DNA of 64,000 nt from Escherichia coli (GCF_003334385.1 NZ_QOWN01000016.1), one strand, 5' to 3'; numbered from the stretch's first letter, positions 25,363 to 40,188 are shown. The notes: a model not told the origin generated them from the sequence alone. Program-made: numbers and translations.

Positions 25363-25956
25363 ATGACTTCTCTGTATTTAGCTTCCGGTTCTCCGCGTCG
25401 TCAGGAGTTACTTGCGCAACTTGGCGTGACCTTTGAACGTATTGTTACGGGCATTGAGGAGCAGCGTCAGCCGCAGGAGAGCGCGCAGCAGTATGTTGTG
25501 CGTCTGGCGCGCGAGAAAGCACGGGCAGGTGTCGCGCAAACGGCGAAGGATCTCCCGGTGCTGGGTGCGGATACTATCGTTATCCTGAACGGAGAAGTGC
25601 TGGAGAAACCGCGCGACGCAGAGCATGCGGCGCAGATGTTGCGCAAATTATCGGGTCAGACCCATCAGGTGATGACAGCAGTGGCGTTGGCCGACAGCCA
25701 GCACATTCTCGATTGCCTGGTGGTCACCGATGTGACTTTCAGAACGTTAACAGACGAAGACATCGCGGGCTATGTCGCCAGCGATGAACCGTTAGATAAA
25801 GCAGGTGCATACGGTATTCAGGGGCTGGGTGGCTGTTTTGTCAGGAAGATAAATGGCAGCTATCACGCCGTAGTCGGCTTACCGCTGGTTGAAACGTATG
25901 AATTATTAAGTAATTTTAACGCACTGCGTGAGAAAAGGGATAAACATGACGGCTGA
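25363..25956 (+). CDS. yhdE: Maf-family dTTP/UTP pyrophosphatase
   Basis: 197 aa from [17 protein letters not shown]; ORF track adds 20 upstream codons. Confidence 0.9.
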   Translation: MTSLYLASGSPRRQELLAQLGVTFERIVTGIEEQRQPQESAQQYVVRLAREKARAGVAQTAKDLPVLGADTIVILNGEVLEKPRDAEHAAQMLRKLSGQTHQVMTAVALADSQHILDCLVVTDVTFRTLTDEDIAGYVASDEPLDKAGAYGIQGLGGCFVRKINGSYHAVVGLPLVETYELLSNFNALREKRDKHDG

Positions 25957-27415
25957 ATTGTTAGTAAACGTAACGCCTTCGGAAACGCGAGTGGCGTATA
26001 TTGATGGCGGTATTCTGCAGGAAATTCATATTGAACGTGAGGCGCGACGCGGAATAGTAGGCAATATCTACAAGGGTCGTGTAAGTCGTGTACTTCCGGG
26101 TATGCAGGCGGCTTTTGTAGATATTGGGCTGGATAAAGCCGCGTTTCTTCATGCATCCGACATCATGCCGCACACCGAATGTGTGGCGGGTGAAGAACAA
26201 AAGCAATTCACGGTGCGCGACATCTCGGAACTGGTTCGTCAGGGGCAAGATCTGATGGTGCAGGTGGTGAAAGATCCGCTTGGCACTAAAGGTGCGCGCC
26301 TGACCACCGATATCACGCTCCCTTCTCGCTATCTGGTGTTTATGCCAGGGGCTTCTCACGTTGGGGTTTCCCAACGTATTGAAAGCGAATCAGAACGTGA
26401 ACGCCTGAAAAAAGTGGTCGCAGAGTATTGCGACGAGCAGGGCGGGTTTATCATCCGTACCGCAGCGGAAGGGGTTGGCGAGGCTGAACTGGCCTCCGAT
26501 GCCGCTTATCTGAAACGCGTCTGGACCAAAGTTATGGAGCGTAAAAAACGCCCGCAGACCCGTTATCAGCTGTACGGCGAACTGGCGCTGGCGCAGCGTG
26601 TTCTGCGTGATTTCGCCGATGCCGAACTGGACCGCATTCGCGTTGACTCACGCCTGACTTACGAAGCGTTACTTGAGTTCACCTCGGAGTACATTCCCGA
26701 GATGACAAGCAAGCTGGAGCATTACACAGGACGCCAGCCGATTTTCGATCTCTTTGATGTCGAAAACGAAATCCAGCGAGCGCTGGAACGCAAAGTAGAA
26801 CTGAAATCCGGTGGTTATCTCATTATCGACCAGACCGAAGCGATGACCACCGTGGACATCAATACCGGAGCGTTTGTCGGTCATCGCAATCTGGACGACA
26901 CCATTTTCAATACCAATATTGAAGCGACGCAGGCTATCGCTCGCCAGTTACGGTTGCGTAATCTGGGCGGGATTATCATTATTGATTTCATCGATATGAA
27001 TAATGAAGATCACCGCCGCCGAGTGCTGCACTCGCTGGAGCAGGCGTTGAGCAAAGACCGGGTGAAAACCAGCGTTAATGGTTTTTCGGCGCTGGGGCTG
27101 GTGGAGATGACGCGTAAACGCACCCGCGAAAGCATTGAGCACGTACTGTGTAACGAATGCCCAACCTGCCACGGTCGCGGAACGGTGAAAACCGTGGAAA
27201 CGGTATGCTATGAAATCATGCGCGAGATTGTTCGTGTCCACCATGCTTACGACTCCGACCGTTTCCTGGTCTATGCTTCTCCGGCAGTAGCTGAAGCCTT
27301 GAAAGGCGAAGAGTCACACTCGCTGGCGGAAGTGGAAATTTTCGTTGGCAAACAGGTTAAAGTACAAATTGAACCGCTCTATAACCAGGAGCAGTTTGAC
27401 GTCGTAATGATGTAA
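25946..27415 (+). CDS. rng: ribonuclease G
   Basis: 489 aa from [17 protein letters not shown]; S1 domain and RNase E/G catalytic core; overlaps yhdE end. Confidence 0.93.
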
Positions 27416-27482
27416 ACAGATGCTGGGCCGCCATCCGGCAAAGGGTTTTTGAGTCACATTTTTAGCAGACAAGGAGTGACGG

Positions 27483-30400
27483 GTGAGGCGATTGCCGGGG
27501 ATTTTACTGCTTACTGGAGCCGCGCTCGTTGTGATCGCTGCCCTGCTGGTTAGCGGCCTGCGTATTGCTTTACCGCATCTTGACGCCTGGCGTCCGGAAA
27601 TCCTCAACAAAATAGAATCCGCGACTGGCATGCCGGTAGAAGCCAGTCAGCTCTCAGCCAGCTGGCAGAATTTTGGCCCGACGCTTGAAGCACACGACAT
27701 CCGTGCAGAACTAAAAGATGGCGGCGAATTTTCGGTTAAACGCGTTACTCTGGCGCTGGATGTCTGGCAGAGCCTGTTACATATGCGCTGGCAGTTTCGC
27801 GACCTCACTTTCTGGCAGCTGCGCTTTCGCACCAACACTCCTATCACCAGCGGTGGTAGTGATGACAGTCTGGAAGCCAGTCACATCAGCGATCTGTTTC
27901 TTCGTCAATTTGACCATTTCGATCTTCGCGACAGTGAAGTCAGTTTCCTGACGCCATCCGGTCAGCGCGCCGAGCTGGCGATCCCACAACTCACCTGGCT
28001 GAACGATCCACGTCGACACCGTGCGGAAGGCCTGGTAAGCCTCTCCAGCCTTACCGGACAGCACGGCGTGATGCAGGTGCGCATGGATTTGCGCGATGAT
28101 GAGGGGTTGTTAAGCAATGGTCGCGTCTGGCTCCAGGCGGATGACATCGACCTGAAGCCGTGGCTCGGTAAATGGATGCAGGACAATATTGCGCTGGAAA
28201 CGGCACAGTTCTCCCTTGAAGGCTGGATGACGATCGACAAAGGCGATGTAACCGGCGGTGACGTCTGGCTGAAACAGGGCGGTGCCAGCTGGTTGGGCGA
28301 GAAGCAAACGCATACGCTGTCGGTGGATAATCTGACCGCGCATATTACGCGTGAAAATCCGGGCTGGCAGTTCTCTATTCCCGATACACGGATCACGATG
28401 GACGGCAAACCCTGGCCGAGCGGAGCATTGACGCTGGCCTGGATACCGGAACAGGACGTTGGCGGCAAAGACAATAAACGCAGTGACGAACTCCGGATTC
28501 GCGCCAGTAATCTGGAGCTGGCAGGCCTGGAGGGCATACGCCCGCTGGCCGCGAAACTTTCACCTGCACTGGGTGATGTTTGGCGCTCCACACAACCGAG
28601 CGGCAAGATTAACACTCTGGCGCTGGATATCCCGCTTCAGGCGGCAGACAAGACCCGTTTTCAGGCATCGTGGAGCGATCTGGCCTGGAAGCAATGGAAA
28701 TTATTACCGGGTGCGGAACACTTCTCCGGGACGCTTTCCGGCAGCGTTGAAAATGGTTTGCTTACCGCGTCGATGAAGCAGGCAAAGATGCCTTACGAAA
28801 CGGTATTCCGTGCGCCACTAGAAATCGCCGACGGCCAGGCAACTATAAGCTGGCTGAACAATAACAAAGGTTTCCAGCTGGATGGGCGTAATATTGACGT
28901 TAAAGCCAAAGCCGTCCATGCGCGCGGCGGTTTTCGTTACCTGCAACCTGCTAACGATGAACCCTGGCTGGGTATTCTGGCTGGCATCAGTACCGATGAT
29001 GGTTCACAAGCCTGGCGCTATTTCCCGGAAAACTTGATGGGTAAAGACCTGGTTGATTACTTAAGTGGCGCGATTCAGGGCGGTGAAGCGGATAACGCGA
29101 CGCTGGTTTATGGTGGCAATCCGCAACTCTTCCCCTATAAACACAACGAAGGTCAGTTTGAAGTGCTGGTGCCGCTGCGCAACGCGAAGTTTGCCTTCCA
29201 GCCGGACTGGCCTGCATTAACTAACCTTGATATTGAACTGGACTTTATTAACGACGGTTTATGGATGAAAACCGATGGCGTTAATCTGGGCGGCGTGCGC
29301 GCGAGTAATCTTACCGCAGTGATCCCTGACTACTCAAAAGAAAAACTGCTGATTGACGCTGACATTAAAGGTCCGGGTAAAGCCGTTGGCCCTTACTTTG
29401 ATGAGACACCGCTGAAAGATTCTCTGGGTGCGACCCTGCAAGAACTCCAGCTCGACGGCGATGTGAATGCTCGCTTACATCTTGATATCCCGCTGAACGG
29501 CGAACTGGTAACCGCGAAAGGTGAAGTGACGCTGCGTAATAACAGTCTGTTTATCAAACCACTCGACAGCACCCTGAAAAATTTGAGCGGTAAATTCAGC
29601 TTTATCAATAGCGATCTGCAAAGTGAACCACTGACAGCAAGCTGGTTTAATCAGCCGTTGAACGTGGATTTTTCCACCAAAGAAGGGGCAAAAGCCTACC
29701 AGGTAGCGGTAAACCTCAACGGTAACTGGCAACCGGCGAAAACCGGCGTTCTGCCTGAAGCGGTGAACGAAGCATTGAGTGGCAGCGTGGCGTGGGATGG
29801 TAAAGTGGGCATTGATCTGCCTTATCATGCTGGTGCGACCTATAACATAGAGCTGAACGGCGATCTAAAGAATGTGAGCAGTCACTTACCTTCACCGTTA
29901 GCCAAACCTGCGGGTGAACCACTAGCGGTAAACGTTAAGGTTGATGGCAATCTCAACAGCTTTGAATTAACCGGACAGGCTGGTGCGGATAATCATTTCA
30001 ATAGCCGCTGGTTGCTCGGTCAAAAGCTGACGCTCGATCGTGCTATTTGGGCGGCAGACAGTAAAACGCTCCCGCCGTTGCCGGAACAAAGTGGCGTTGA
30101 ACTCAATATGCCGCCGATGAATGGTGCCGAGTGGCTGGCCCTGTTCCAGAAAGGCGCTGCGGAGAGTGTCGGTGGTGCAGCGAGTTTCCCACAACACATA
30201 ACGTTACGTACGCCTATGTTGTCACTGGGAAATCAGCAATGGAATAACCTGAGTATTGTTTCGCAACCGACGGCAAATGGCACCCTGGTTGAAGCGCAAG
30301 GGCGTGAAATCAACGCCACGCTAGCGATGCGTAATAACGCGCCGTGGCTGGCGAATATCAAATATCTTTATTACAACCCGAGCGTGGCGAAAACTCGTGG

Positions 30401-31283
30401 TGATTCAACGCCGTCATCACCTTTCCCGACAACGGAGCGCATTAACTTCCGTGGCTGGCCGGACGCCCAAATACGATGCACAGAGTGCTGGTTCTGGGGG
30501 CAAAAATTCGGTCGCATTGACAGTGATATCACCATTTCTGGCGATACGTTAACGCTGACCAATGGACTGATTGATACTGGTTTCTCGCGGCTTACTGCCG
30601 ATGGTGAATGGGTTAATAATCCGGGGAATGAACGTACCTCGCTGAAAGGAAAACTGCGCGGGCAGAAAATTGATGCCGCCGCAGAATTTTTTGGTGTCAC
30701 GACGCCCATACGCCAGTCGTCATTTAATGTGGATTACGATTTACACTGGCGCAAAGCACCCTGGCAGCCAGATGAAGCGACGTTGAATGGCATCATTCAT
30801 ACTCAACTGGGTAAAGGCGAAATTACCGAAATCAATACCGGACATGCCGGGCAATTGCTGCGCTTATTGAGCGTAGATGCCCTGATGCGTAAGCTGCGTT
30901 TTGATTTCAGAGACACTTTTGGCGAAGGGTTCTATTTTGACTCCATTCGCAGCACCGCGTGGATTAAAGACGGCGTTATGCACACCGACGACACGCTGGT
31001 GGATGGCCTGGAGGCGGATATCGCCATGAAAGGGTCGGTAAATCTGGTACGTCGCGACCTGAATATGGAAGCGGTTGTCGCACCAGAGATTTCTGCGACG
31101 GTGGGCGTGGCTGCGGCTTTTGCGGTTAACCCCATTGTTGGCGCGGCAGTGTTTGCCGCCAGTAAAGTGCTGGGGCCGCTGTGGAGCAAAGTCTCCATTT
31201 TGCGCTATCACATTTCGGGTCCGCTGGACGATCCGCAAATCAACGAAGTGTTGCGCCAACCGCGTAAAGAAAAAGCGCAATGA
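27483..31283 (+). CDS. yhdP: large AsmA-like envelope protein YhdP
   Basis: 1266 aa, N-terminal TM anchor then long beta-rich periplasmic region. Confidence 0.9.
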   Translation: MRRLPGILLLTGAALVVIAALLVSGLRIALPHLDAWRPEILNKIESATGMPVEASQLSASWQNFGPTLEAHDIRAELKDGGEFSVKRVTLALDVWQSLLHMRWQFRDLTFWQLRFRTNTPITSGGSDDSLEASHISDLFLRQFDHFDLRDSEVSFLTPSGQRAELAIPQLTWLNDPRRHRAEGLVSLSSLTGQHGVMQVRMDLRDDEGLLSNGRVWLQADDIDLKPWLGKWMQDNIALETAQFSLEGWMTIDKGDVTGGDVWLKQGGASWLGEKQTHTLSVDNLTAHITRENPGWQFSIPDTRITMDGKPWPSGALTLAWIPEQDVGGKDNKRSDELRIRASNLELAGLEGIRPLAAKLSPALGDVWRSTQPSGKINTLALDIPLQAADKTRFQASWSDLAWKQWKLLPGAEHFSGTLSGSVENGLLTASMKQAKMPYETVFRAPLEIADGQATISWLNNNKGFQLDGRNIDVKAKAVHARGGFRYLQPANDEPWLGILAGISTDDGSQAWRYFPENLMGKDLVDYLSGAIQGGEADNATLVYGGNPQLFPYKHNEGQFEVLVPLRNAKFAFQPDWPALTNLDIELDFINDGLWMKTDGVNLGGVRASNLTAVIPDYSKEKLLIDADIKGPGKAVGPYFDETPLKDSLGATLQELQLDGDVNARLHLDIPLNGELVTAKGEVTLRNNSLFIKPLDSTLKNLSGKFSFINSDLQSEPLTASWFNQPLNVDFSTKEGAKAYQVAVNLNGNWQPAKTGVLPEAVNEALSGSVAWDGKVGIDLPYHAGATYNIELNGDLKNVSSHLPSPLAKPAGEPLAVNVKVDGNLNSFELTGQAGADNHFNSRWLLGQKLTLDRAIWAADSKTLPPLPEQSGVELNMPPMNGAEWLALFQKGAAESVGGAASFPQHITLRTPMLSLGNQQWNNLSIVSQPTANGTLVEAQGREINATLAMRNNAPWLANIKYLYYNPSVAKTRGDSTPSSPFPTTERINFRGWPDAQIRCTECWFWGQKFGRIDSDITISGDTLTLTNGLIDTGFSRLTADGEWVNNPGNERTSLKGKLRGQKIDAAAEFFGVTTPIRQSSFNVDYDLHWRKAPWQPDEATLNGIIHTQLGKGEITEINTGHAGQLLRLLSVDALMRKLRFDFRDTFGEGFYFDSIRSTAWIKDGVMHTDDTLVDGLEADIAMKGSVNLVRRDLNMEAVVAPEISATVGVAAAFAVNPIVGAAVFAASKVLGPLWSKVSILRYHISGPLDDPQINEVLRQPRKEKAQ

Positions 31284-31357
31284 TTTGACGAGGGCGCGTA
31301 ATTGCCCCAATCTCATAGGATAATCGTTGCCAAAGGCCAACGAGCCAGAACATAACC

Positions 31358-31391
31358 GTAGGTCGGATAGGGCGTTCACGCCGCATCCGGC
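31358..31391. repeat. REP (repetitive extragenic palindrome, PU type)
   Basis: GTAGGTCGGATAGGGCGTTCACGCCGCATCCGGC, reverse complement of the REP consensus GCCGGATGCGGCGTGAACGCC...; between yhdP and tldD. Confidence 0.8.
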
Positions 31392-31423
31392 AGCCGTAAA
31401 AAATCCTCTACTGCAGTAACTAA

Positions 31424-32884
<1,461 letters not shown>

Positions 32885-32933
32885 TAATTTCACTATTTTC
32901 AGAAGGATAATTAATCTTTCTACGTGCACGAAC

Positions 32934-32977
32934 GGTCCCCTCGCCCCTTTGGGGTGAGGGTTAGGGTGAGGGGAACC
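32934..32977. repeat. GC-rich palindromic intergenic element (CCCCTCGCCCC...GGGGTGAGGG type)
   Basis: GGTCCCCTCGCCCCTTTGGGGTGAGGGTTAGGGTGAGGGGAACC; related copy at 50788-50823. Confidence 0.55.
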
Positions 32978-33017
32978 CGTTGGCACAGGTTTGTACAACG
33001 TAACAGTACAATATGAA

Positions 33018-33947
33018 TTACTTCTCTTTCCCGCGCCCGTGCATCTCCTGAAACAATTTACCGACCTCAACAAAATAATCCGTCAGCGAGTTGATCACGA
33101 CCTGTACCTTCAGCGGCAGCTTATCTTTTTCGGTATATAACGCATAAACCGGGCGTGGATCTGACTGGTAACGCGGCAGCAGGATCTCCAGCTCCCCACG
33201 ATTGATCTCGTTGATCACCCACATCAGCGGCACGTAGGCGATCCCGGCACCCGCCGTCAGCCAGCGCACCAGCGTCATCGGATCATTAGTCACAAATCTT
33301 CCTTGTGGGATCAGGCGAGTCGAGATCCCTTCCGGTGCGATCAGTTCAAATTCATTGTCGGGCCGCACGCTGTATTCAAGCCATGAATGACTACTCAAAT
33401 CGGCGGGTTTTTCCGGTATGCCGTATTGTGTGAGATAGCTTTTCGCGGCGCACACCACCATTGGCATCGCGCCCAGACGGCGGGAAAACAGGCTGGAATC
33501 CTGCAACGCGCCGACGCGGATCACCACATCCAGACCGTCGGCAATCAGGTCGGGGGCTGGAATTCCGGTAACCAGATTGACGCTCAAACCTGGGTATTCT
33601 TTCAGCATTTTGGCTGTCAGCCCGGCGAGAACATTTTGTGCCATAGTTGAAGAACAGCCAATGCGTAGCGTCCCGATGGGGGTGTTATTGAAGGCATACA
33701 GTTGCTCATGAACATCCTGCACTTCATGAAGCATACGACGGCAGCCCTGGTAGTAAATTCTACCGGCTTCGGTCAGGCCAATGCTGCGTGTGCTACGGTT
33801 TAACAGCTTTACCTGCAACTCATCTTCCAGTTTTGATACCGTCTGACTGATGGACGAAACGCTCATCTGTAGCTGTCTGGCGGCGGCGGTAAAAGAGCCA
33901 AATTCAACTACTTTGGCAAACACCGACATGCGTTTTAGTCGTTCCAT
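33018..33947 (-). CDS. aaeR: LysR-family activator AaeR
   Basis: 309 aa, N-terminal HTH, divergent from aaeXAB. Confidence 0.9.
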   Translation of the reverse strand: MERLKRMSVFAKVVEFGSFTAAARQLQMSVSSISQTVSKLEDELQVKLLNRSTRSIGLTEAGRIYYQGCRRMLHEVQDVHEQLYAFNNTPIGTLRIGCSSTMAQNVLAGLTAKMLKEYPGLSVNLVTGIPAPDLIADGLDVVIRVGALQDSSLFSRRLGAMPMVVCAAKSYLTQYGIPEKPADLSSHSWLEYSVRPDNEFELIAPEGISTRLIPQGRFVTNDPMTLVRWLTAGAGIAYVPLMWVINEINRGELEILLPRYQSDPRPVYALYTEKDKLPLKVQVVINSLTDYFVEVGKLFQEMHGRGKEK

Positions 33948-34129
33948 TATTCACTCTGACTTAAAAGTGATTTAGATCACATAATATAGATAACAGCATA
34001 ACAGTTACGCTAATATATTAAATATCAATCTACAGCAATGTTGCTCTCGCCCGGCTTTCCATGCCCTTCTCTGCGGCGACAGATGCTGAAAATAATAACG
34101 CCTGCTCTCTCTTTACAACCAAGGTCAAC

Positions 34130-34333
34130 ATGAGTCTGTTTCCCGTTATCGTGGTGTTTGGGCTGTCCTTCCCACCGATATTTTTTGAATTGCTTTTATC
34201 ACTGGCGATTTTCTGGCTGGTGCGCCGGGTACTTGTGCCAACAGGTATCTACGACTTTGTCTGGCATCCGGCGTTGTTCAACACCGCGCTCTATTGCTGC
34301 TTGTTTTATTTGATATCGCGACTGTTCGTTTGA
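34130..34333 (+). CDS. aaeX: small membrane protein AaeX
   Basis: 67 aa from [12 protein letters not shown]...; ORF track adds 23 upstream codons. Confidence 0.8.
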
Positions 34334-34340
34334 GGTTGAA

Positions 34341-35273
34341 GTGAAAACACTAATAAGAAAATTCTCCCGTACGGCCATCACGGTCGTATTAGTCATTCTG
34401 GCCTTCATCGCAATTTTTAATGCCTGGGTCTATTACACCGAATCCCCCTGGACGCGTGACGCGCGCTTTAGCGCTGACGTCGTTGCGATCGCGCCGGACG
34501 TTTCTGGACTCATTACCCAGGTGAATGTTCATGATAACCAGCTGGTGAAAAAAGGACAGATACTGTTCACCATCGACCAGCCGCGCTATCAAAAGGCGCT
34601 TGAGGAAGCGCAAGCCGATGTTGCTTATTATCAGGTACTGGCACAGGAGAAACGCCAGGAGGCCGGACGTCGTAACCGTCTCGGTGTGCAGGCGATGTCT
34701 CGCGAAGAGATCGACCAGGCCAACAACGTACTACAAACGGTTCTGCATCAGTTAGCGAAAGCGCAGGCGACCCGCGATCTGGCAAAACTGGATCTTGAAC
34801 GCACGGTGATCCGCGCGCCAGCAGATGGCTGGGTGACCAACCTCAACGTCTATACCGGTGAGTTTATTACTCGAGGATCAACGGCGGTTGCGCTGGTGAA
34901 ACAGAACTCCTTCTATGTACTGGCCTATATGGAAGAAACTAAGCTGGAAGGGGTGCGTCCGGGGTATCGTGCAGAGATCACGCCGCTTGGCAGTAACAAA
35001 GTGCTGAAAGGGACTGTTGATAGTGTTGCCGCAGGGGTCACCAACGCCAGCAGCACGCGTGACGACAAAGGGATGGCGACTATAGACTCTAACCTTGAAT
35101 GGGTGCGTCTTGCGCAACGTGTTCCGGTTCGTATTCGTCTCGACAACCAGCAAGAGAACATCTGGCCTGCGGGCACCACTGCTACAGTGGTGGTCACTGG
35201 CAAACAAGATCGCGACGAAAGCCAGGATTCGTTCTTCCGTAAAATGGCCCATCGCCTGCGTGAGTTTGGTTAA
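34341..35273 (+). CDS. aaeA: aromatic carboxylic acid efflux pump, membrane-fusion subunit
   Basis: 310 aa, HlyD-like, single N-terminal TM. Confidence 0.9.
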
Positions 35274-35278
35274 TCACG

Positions 35279-37246
35279 ATGGGTATTTTCTCCATTGCTA
35301 ACCAACATATTCGCTTTGCGGTAAAACTGGCGACCGCCATTGTACTGGCGCTGTTTGTTGGCTTTCACTTCCAGCTGGAAACGCCACGCTGGGCGGTACT
35401 GACAGCGGCGATTGTTGCCGCCGGTCCGGCCTTTGCTGCGGGAGGTGAACCGTATTCTGGCGCTATTCGCTATCGTGGCTTTTTGCGCATCATCGGCACA
35501 TTTATTGGCTGTATTGCCGGACTGGTGATCATCATTGCGATGATCCGCGCACCATTATTGATGATTCTGGTGTGCTGTATCTGGGCCGGTTTTTGTACCT
35601 GGATATCCTCGCTGGTACGAATAGAAAACTCGTATGCGTGGGGGCTGGCCGGTTATACCGCGCTGATCATTGTGATCACCATTCAGCCGGAACCATTGCT
35701 TACGCCGCAGTTTGCCGTCGAACGTTGTAGCGAGATCGTTATCGGTATTGTGTGTGCGATTATGGCGGATTTGCTCTTTTCTCCGCGATCGATCAAACAA
35801 GAAGTGGATCGAGAGCTGGAAAGTTTGCTGGTCGCGCAATATCAATTAATGCAACTCTGTATCAAGCATGGCGATGGTGAAGTTGTCGATAAAGCCTGGG
35901 GCGACCTGGTGCGACGCACCACGGCGCTACAAGGCATGCGCAGCAACCTGAATATGGAATCTTCCCGCTGGGCGCGGGCCAATCGACGTTTAAAAGCGAT
36001 CAATACGCTATCGCTGACGCTGATTACCCAATCCTGCGAAACTTATCTTATTCAGAATACGCGCCCGGAATTGATCACTGATACTTTCCGCGAATTTTTT
36101 GACACGCCGGTAGAAACCGCGCAGGACGTCCACAAGCAGCTCAAACGCCTGCGGAGAGTTATCGCCTGGACCGGGGAACGGGAAACGCCTGTCACCATTT
36201 ATAGCTGGGTCGCGGCGGCAACGCGTTATCAGCTTCTCAAGCGCGGCGTTATCAGTAACACAAAAATCAACGCCACCGAAGAAGAGATCCTGCAAGGCGA
36301 ACCGGAAGTAAAAGTAGAGTCAGCCGAACGTCATCATGCAATGGTTAACTTCTGGCGAACCACACTTTCCTGCATTCTGGGCACGCTTTTCTGGCTGTGG
36401 ACGGGCTGGACTTCCGGCAGTGGTGCAATGGTGATGATTGCGGTAGTGACGTCACTGGCAATGCGTTTGCCGAATCCACGCATGGTGGCGATCGACTTTA
36501 TCTACGGGACGCTGGCCGCGCTGCCGTTAGGGCTGCTCTACTTTTTGGTGATTATCCCTAATACCCAACAGAGCATGTTGCTGCTGTGCATTAGCCTGGC
36601 AGTGCTGGGATTCTTCCTCGGTATAGAAGTACAGAAACGGCGACTGGGCTCGATGGGGGCACTGGCCAGCACCATAAATATTATCGTGCTGGATAACCCG
36701 ATGACTTTCCATTTCAGTCAGTTTCTCGACAGCGCATTAGGGCAAATCGTCGGCTGTGTGCTCGCGTTCACCGTTATTTTGCTGGTGCGGGATAAATCGC
36801 GCGACAGGACCGGACGTGTACTGCTTAATCAGTTTGTTTCTGCCGCTGTTTCCGCGATGACTACCAATGTGGCACGTCGTAAAGAGAACCACCTCCCGGC
36901 ACTTTATCAGCAGCTGTTTTTGCTGATGAATAAGTTCCCAGGGGATTTGCCGAAATTTCGCCTGGCGCTGACGATGATTATCGCGCACCAGCGCCTGCGT
37001 GATGCACCGATCCCGGTTAACGAGGATTTATCGGCGTTTCACCGACAAATGCGCCGCACAGCAGACCATGTGATATCTGCCCGTAGCGATGATAAACGTC
37101 GTCGGTACTTTGGCCAGTTGCTGGAAGAACTGGAAATCTACCAGGAAAAGCTACGCATCTGGCAAGCGCCACCGCAGGTGACGGAACCGGTAAATCGGCT
37201 GGCGGGGATGCTCCATAAGTATCAACATGCGTTGACCGATAGTTAA
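35279..37246 (+). CDS. aaeB: aromatic carboxylic acid efflux pump, FUSC-family transporter
   Basis: 655 aa, two hydrophobic blocks separated by a soluble domain. Confidence 0.9.
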   Translation: MGIFSIANQHIRFAVKLATAIVLALFVGFHFQLETPRWAVLTAAIVAAGPAFAAGGEPYSGAIRYRGFLRIIGTFIGCIAGLVIIIAMIRAPLLMILVCCIWAGFCTWISSLVRIENSYAWGLAGYTALIIVITIQPEPLLTPQFAVERCSEIVIGIVCAIMADLLFSPRSIKQEVDRELESLLVAQYQLMQLCIKHGDGEVVDKAWGDLVRRTTALQGMRSNLNMESSRWARANRRLKAINTLSLTLITQSCETYLIQNTRPELITDTFREFFDTPVETAQDVHKQLKRLRRVIAWTGERETPVTIYSWVAAATRYQLLKRGVISNTKINATEEEILQGEPEVKVESAERHHAMVNFWRTTLSCILGTLFWLWTGWTSGSGAMVMIAVVTSLAMRLPNPRMVAIDFIYGTLAALPLGLLYFLVIIPNTQQSMLLLCISLAVLGFFLGIEVQKRRLGSMGALASTINIIVLDNPMTFHFSQFLDSALGQIVGCVLAFTVILLVRDKSRDRTGRVLLNQFVSAAVSAMTTNVARRKENHLPALYQQLFLLMNKFPGDLPKFRLALTMIIAHQRLRDAPIPVNEDLSAFHRQMRRTADHVISARSDDKRRRYFGQLLEELEIYQEKLRIWQAPPQVTEPVNRLAGMLHKYQHALTDS

Positions 37247-37249
37247 GTC

Positions 37250-37279
37250 AAAACCGACGCCAAAAGCGTCGGTTTTTTC
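37250..37279 (+). terminator. aaeXAB terminator
   Basis: AAAACCGACGC-CAAAA-GCGTCGGTTTTTTC directly after aaeB stop. Confidence 0.75.
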
Positions 37280-37337
37280 ATGGCTATACTTAGCGATGCA
37301 CGGCAGAACTCGCCGCGAAACGTGACGGTGGCAACAG

Positions 37338-37610
37338 ATGAATATTTATACCTTTGATTTTGATGAGATTGAGAGTCAGGAGGATTTTTATCGTGACTTT
37401 AGCCAAACCTTTGGTCTGGCGAAAGATAAGGTACGCGATCTCGACTCACTATGGGATGTGTTAATGAACGATGTCCTGCCGCTACCACTTGAGATTGAAT
37501 TTGTTCATCTGGGAGAGAAAACGCGTCGCCGTTTTGGCGCGTTAATATTGCTGTTTGATGAGGCAGAGGAAGAGCTGGAAGGGCATTTGCGTTTTAATGT
37601 TCGTCATTAG
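37338..37610 (+). CDS. yhcO: barstar-like protein (putative RNase inhibitor)
   Basis: 90 aa acidic protein; recognised as YhcO; no barnase-like partner in this window. Confidence 0.8.
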   Translation: MNIYTFDFDEIESQEDFYRDFSQTFGLAKDKVRDLDSLWDVLMNDVLPLPLEIEFVHLGEKTRRRFGALILLFDEAEEELEGHLRFNVRH

Positions 37611-37611
37611 C

Positions 37612-37640
37612 GCAAAAAAAAGCCCCCGAACCGGGGGCAA
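37612..37640 (-). terminator. yhcN terminator hairpin between convergent yhcO and yhcN
   Basis: AAAAAAAAGCCCCCGAACCGGGGGC; on the minus strand the hairpin is followed by a T-run. Confidence 0.6.
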
Positions 37641-37665
37641 TATCGTCGGACAAGACGATGAGGGT

Positions 37666-37929
37666 TTATTTGTACAGTTCAGCCGTAGCGTGCCAGGTGT
37701 CACCGCTACGAGCTTCAGTAATCTGGTAGGCCGTTGCGCCTTTCTCTTCCGCTTTTTTGTTCAGCATTTCACGCATATCCATTGGCGAAGACGCCACACC
37801 ACTTACGGATACGGTCCCGATTGCTTCACGATTTTGTGCTTGTGCAGCATCAATGGAGTCGGCAGCGAATGCACCGAAAGAGAGAACAGAAAGTACGCTT
37901 AATGCAGCAACAGTGGTTTTGATTTTCAT
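37666..37929 (-). CDS. yhcN: small periplasmic stress protein (DUF1471, BhsA/YdgH-like)
   Basis: 87 aa from MKIKTTVAALSVLSVLSFGAFA (signal peptide); ORF track adds 17 codons. Confidence 0.82.
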   Translation of the reverse strand: MKIKTTVAALSVLSVLSFGAFAADSIDAAQAQNREAIGTVSVSGVASSPMDMREMLNKKAEEKGATAYQITEARSGDTWHATAELYK

Positions 37930-38293
37930 GATTTTTACCTCGACATAATCTTTTAGCTGGGCCTTTGTTTCGTGACCCATATCACAAAATCAAGTATACA
38001 CTAATTATTGAGCTAATTAATACCGCGCTAACTGTTTCAGTTGATACTAAGTGTTAAAAATGTGAATTTTAATAACAAAAAAGAATTAAAAATACGGTTA
38101 TTTATCGTTAATTCTAGTTTTTTCAATTAGATAATGAATTTTGCATAATGTGCTTTTTTTACCTTATGTATTCATTGTGTGAATGACATGTCGCAGTAAA
38201 ACGCACTATTCGTTAAATTAATCGCAGGGGAAAGCAGGGGGTTGAGAGGGATAAGCAACATTTTCCCCGCCGTCAGAAACGACGGGGCAGAGA

Positions 38294-38767
<474 letters not shown>

Positions 38768-38800
38768 TCACCCGATATGGTGGTTGATACAACATTATTG

Positions 38801-38830
38801 TGCATACAGATGAATTTTTATGCAAACAGT
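38801..38830. promoter_or_regulatory. candidate ARG-box-like palindrome in the argR promoter region
   Basis: TGCATACAGATGAATTTTTATGCAAACAGT contains TGAAT-AT-rich-ATGCA half-sites about 40 bp upstream of argR start; assignment by resemblance only. Confidence 0.3.
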
Positions 38831-39123
38831 CAGCCCTGAAGAAGGCTGAAATAATGTTATGAAAGAGTGGGATTTTATCAAATTTCGTTATTGAGAAACA
38901 TGCCTGCGTCACGGCATGCAAATTCTGCTTAAAAGTAAATTAATTGTTATCAAATTGATGTTGTTTTGGCTGAACGGTAGGGTATATTGTCACCACCTGT
39001 TGGAATGTTGCGCTAATGCATAAGCGACTGTTAATTACGTAAGTTAGGTTCCTGATTACGGCAATTAAATGCATAAACGCTAAACTTGCGTGACTACACA
39101 TTCTTGAGATGTGGTCATTGTAA

Positions 39124-40137
<1,014 letters not shown>

Positions 40138-40152
40138 TTGATTAGCGGATAA

Positions 40153-40188
40153 TAAAAAACCGGAGCACAGACTCCGGTTTTTTGTTTT
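40153..40188. terminator. bidirectional terminator between convergent mdh and degS
   Basis: AAAAAACCGGAG-CACAGA-CTCCGGTTTTTTGTTTT with A-run and T-run flanks. Confidence 0.8.

Noticed and set aside
27962-28615. 217-aa antisense ORF within yhdP
   Set aside because: Ser/Pro/Arg-rich low-complexity translation opposite a long conserved gene
38255-38293. Hairpin CCCCGCCGTC-AGAAA-GACGGGG downstream of argR as a rho-independent terminator
   Set aside because: Neither strand has a U-tract following the stem, so it is not a canonical intrinsic terminator; left unannotated
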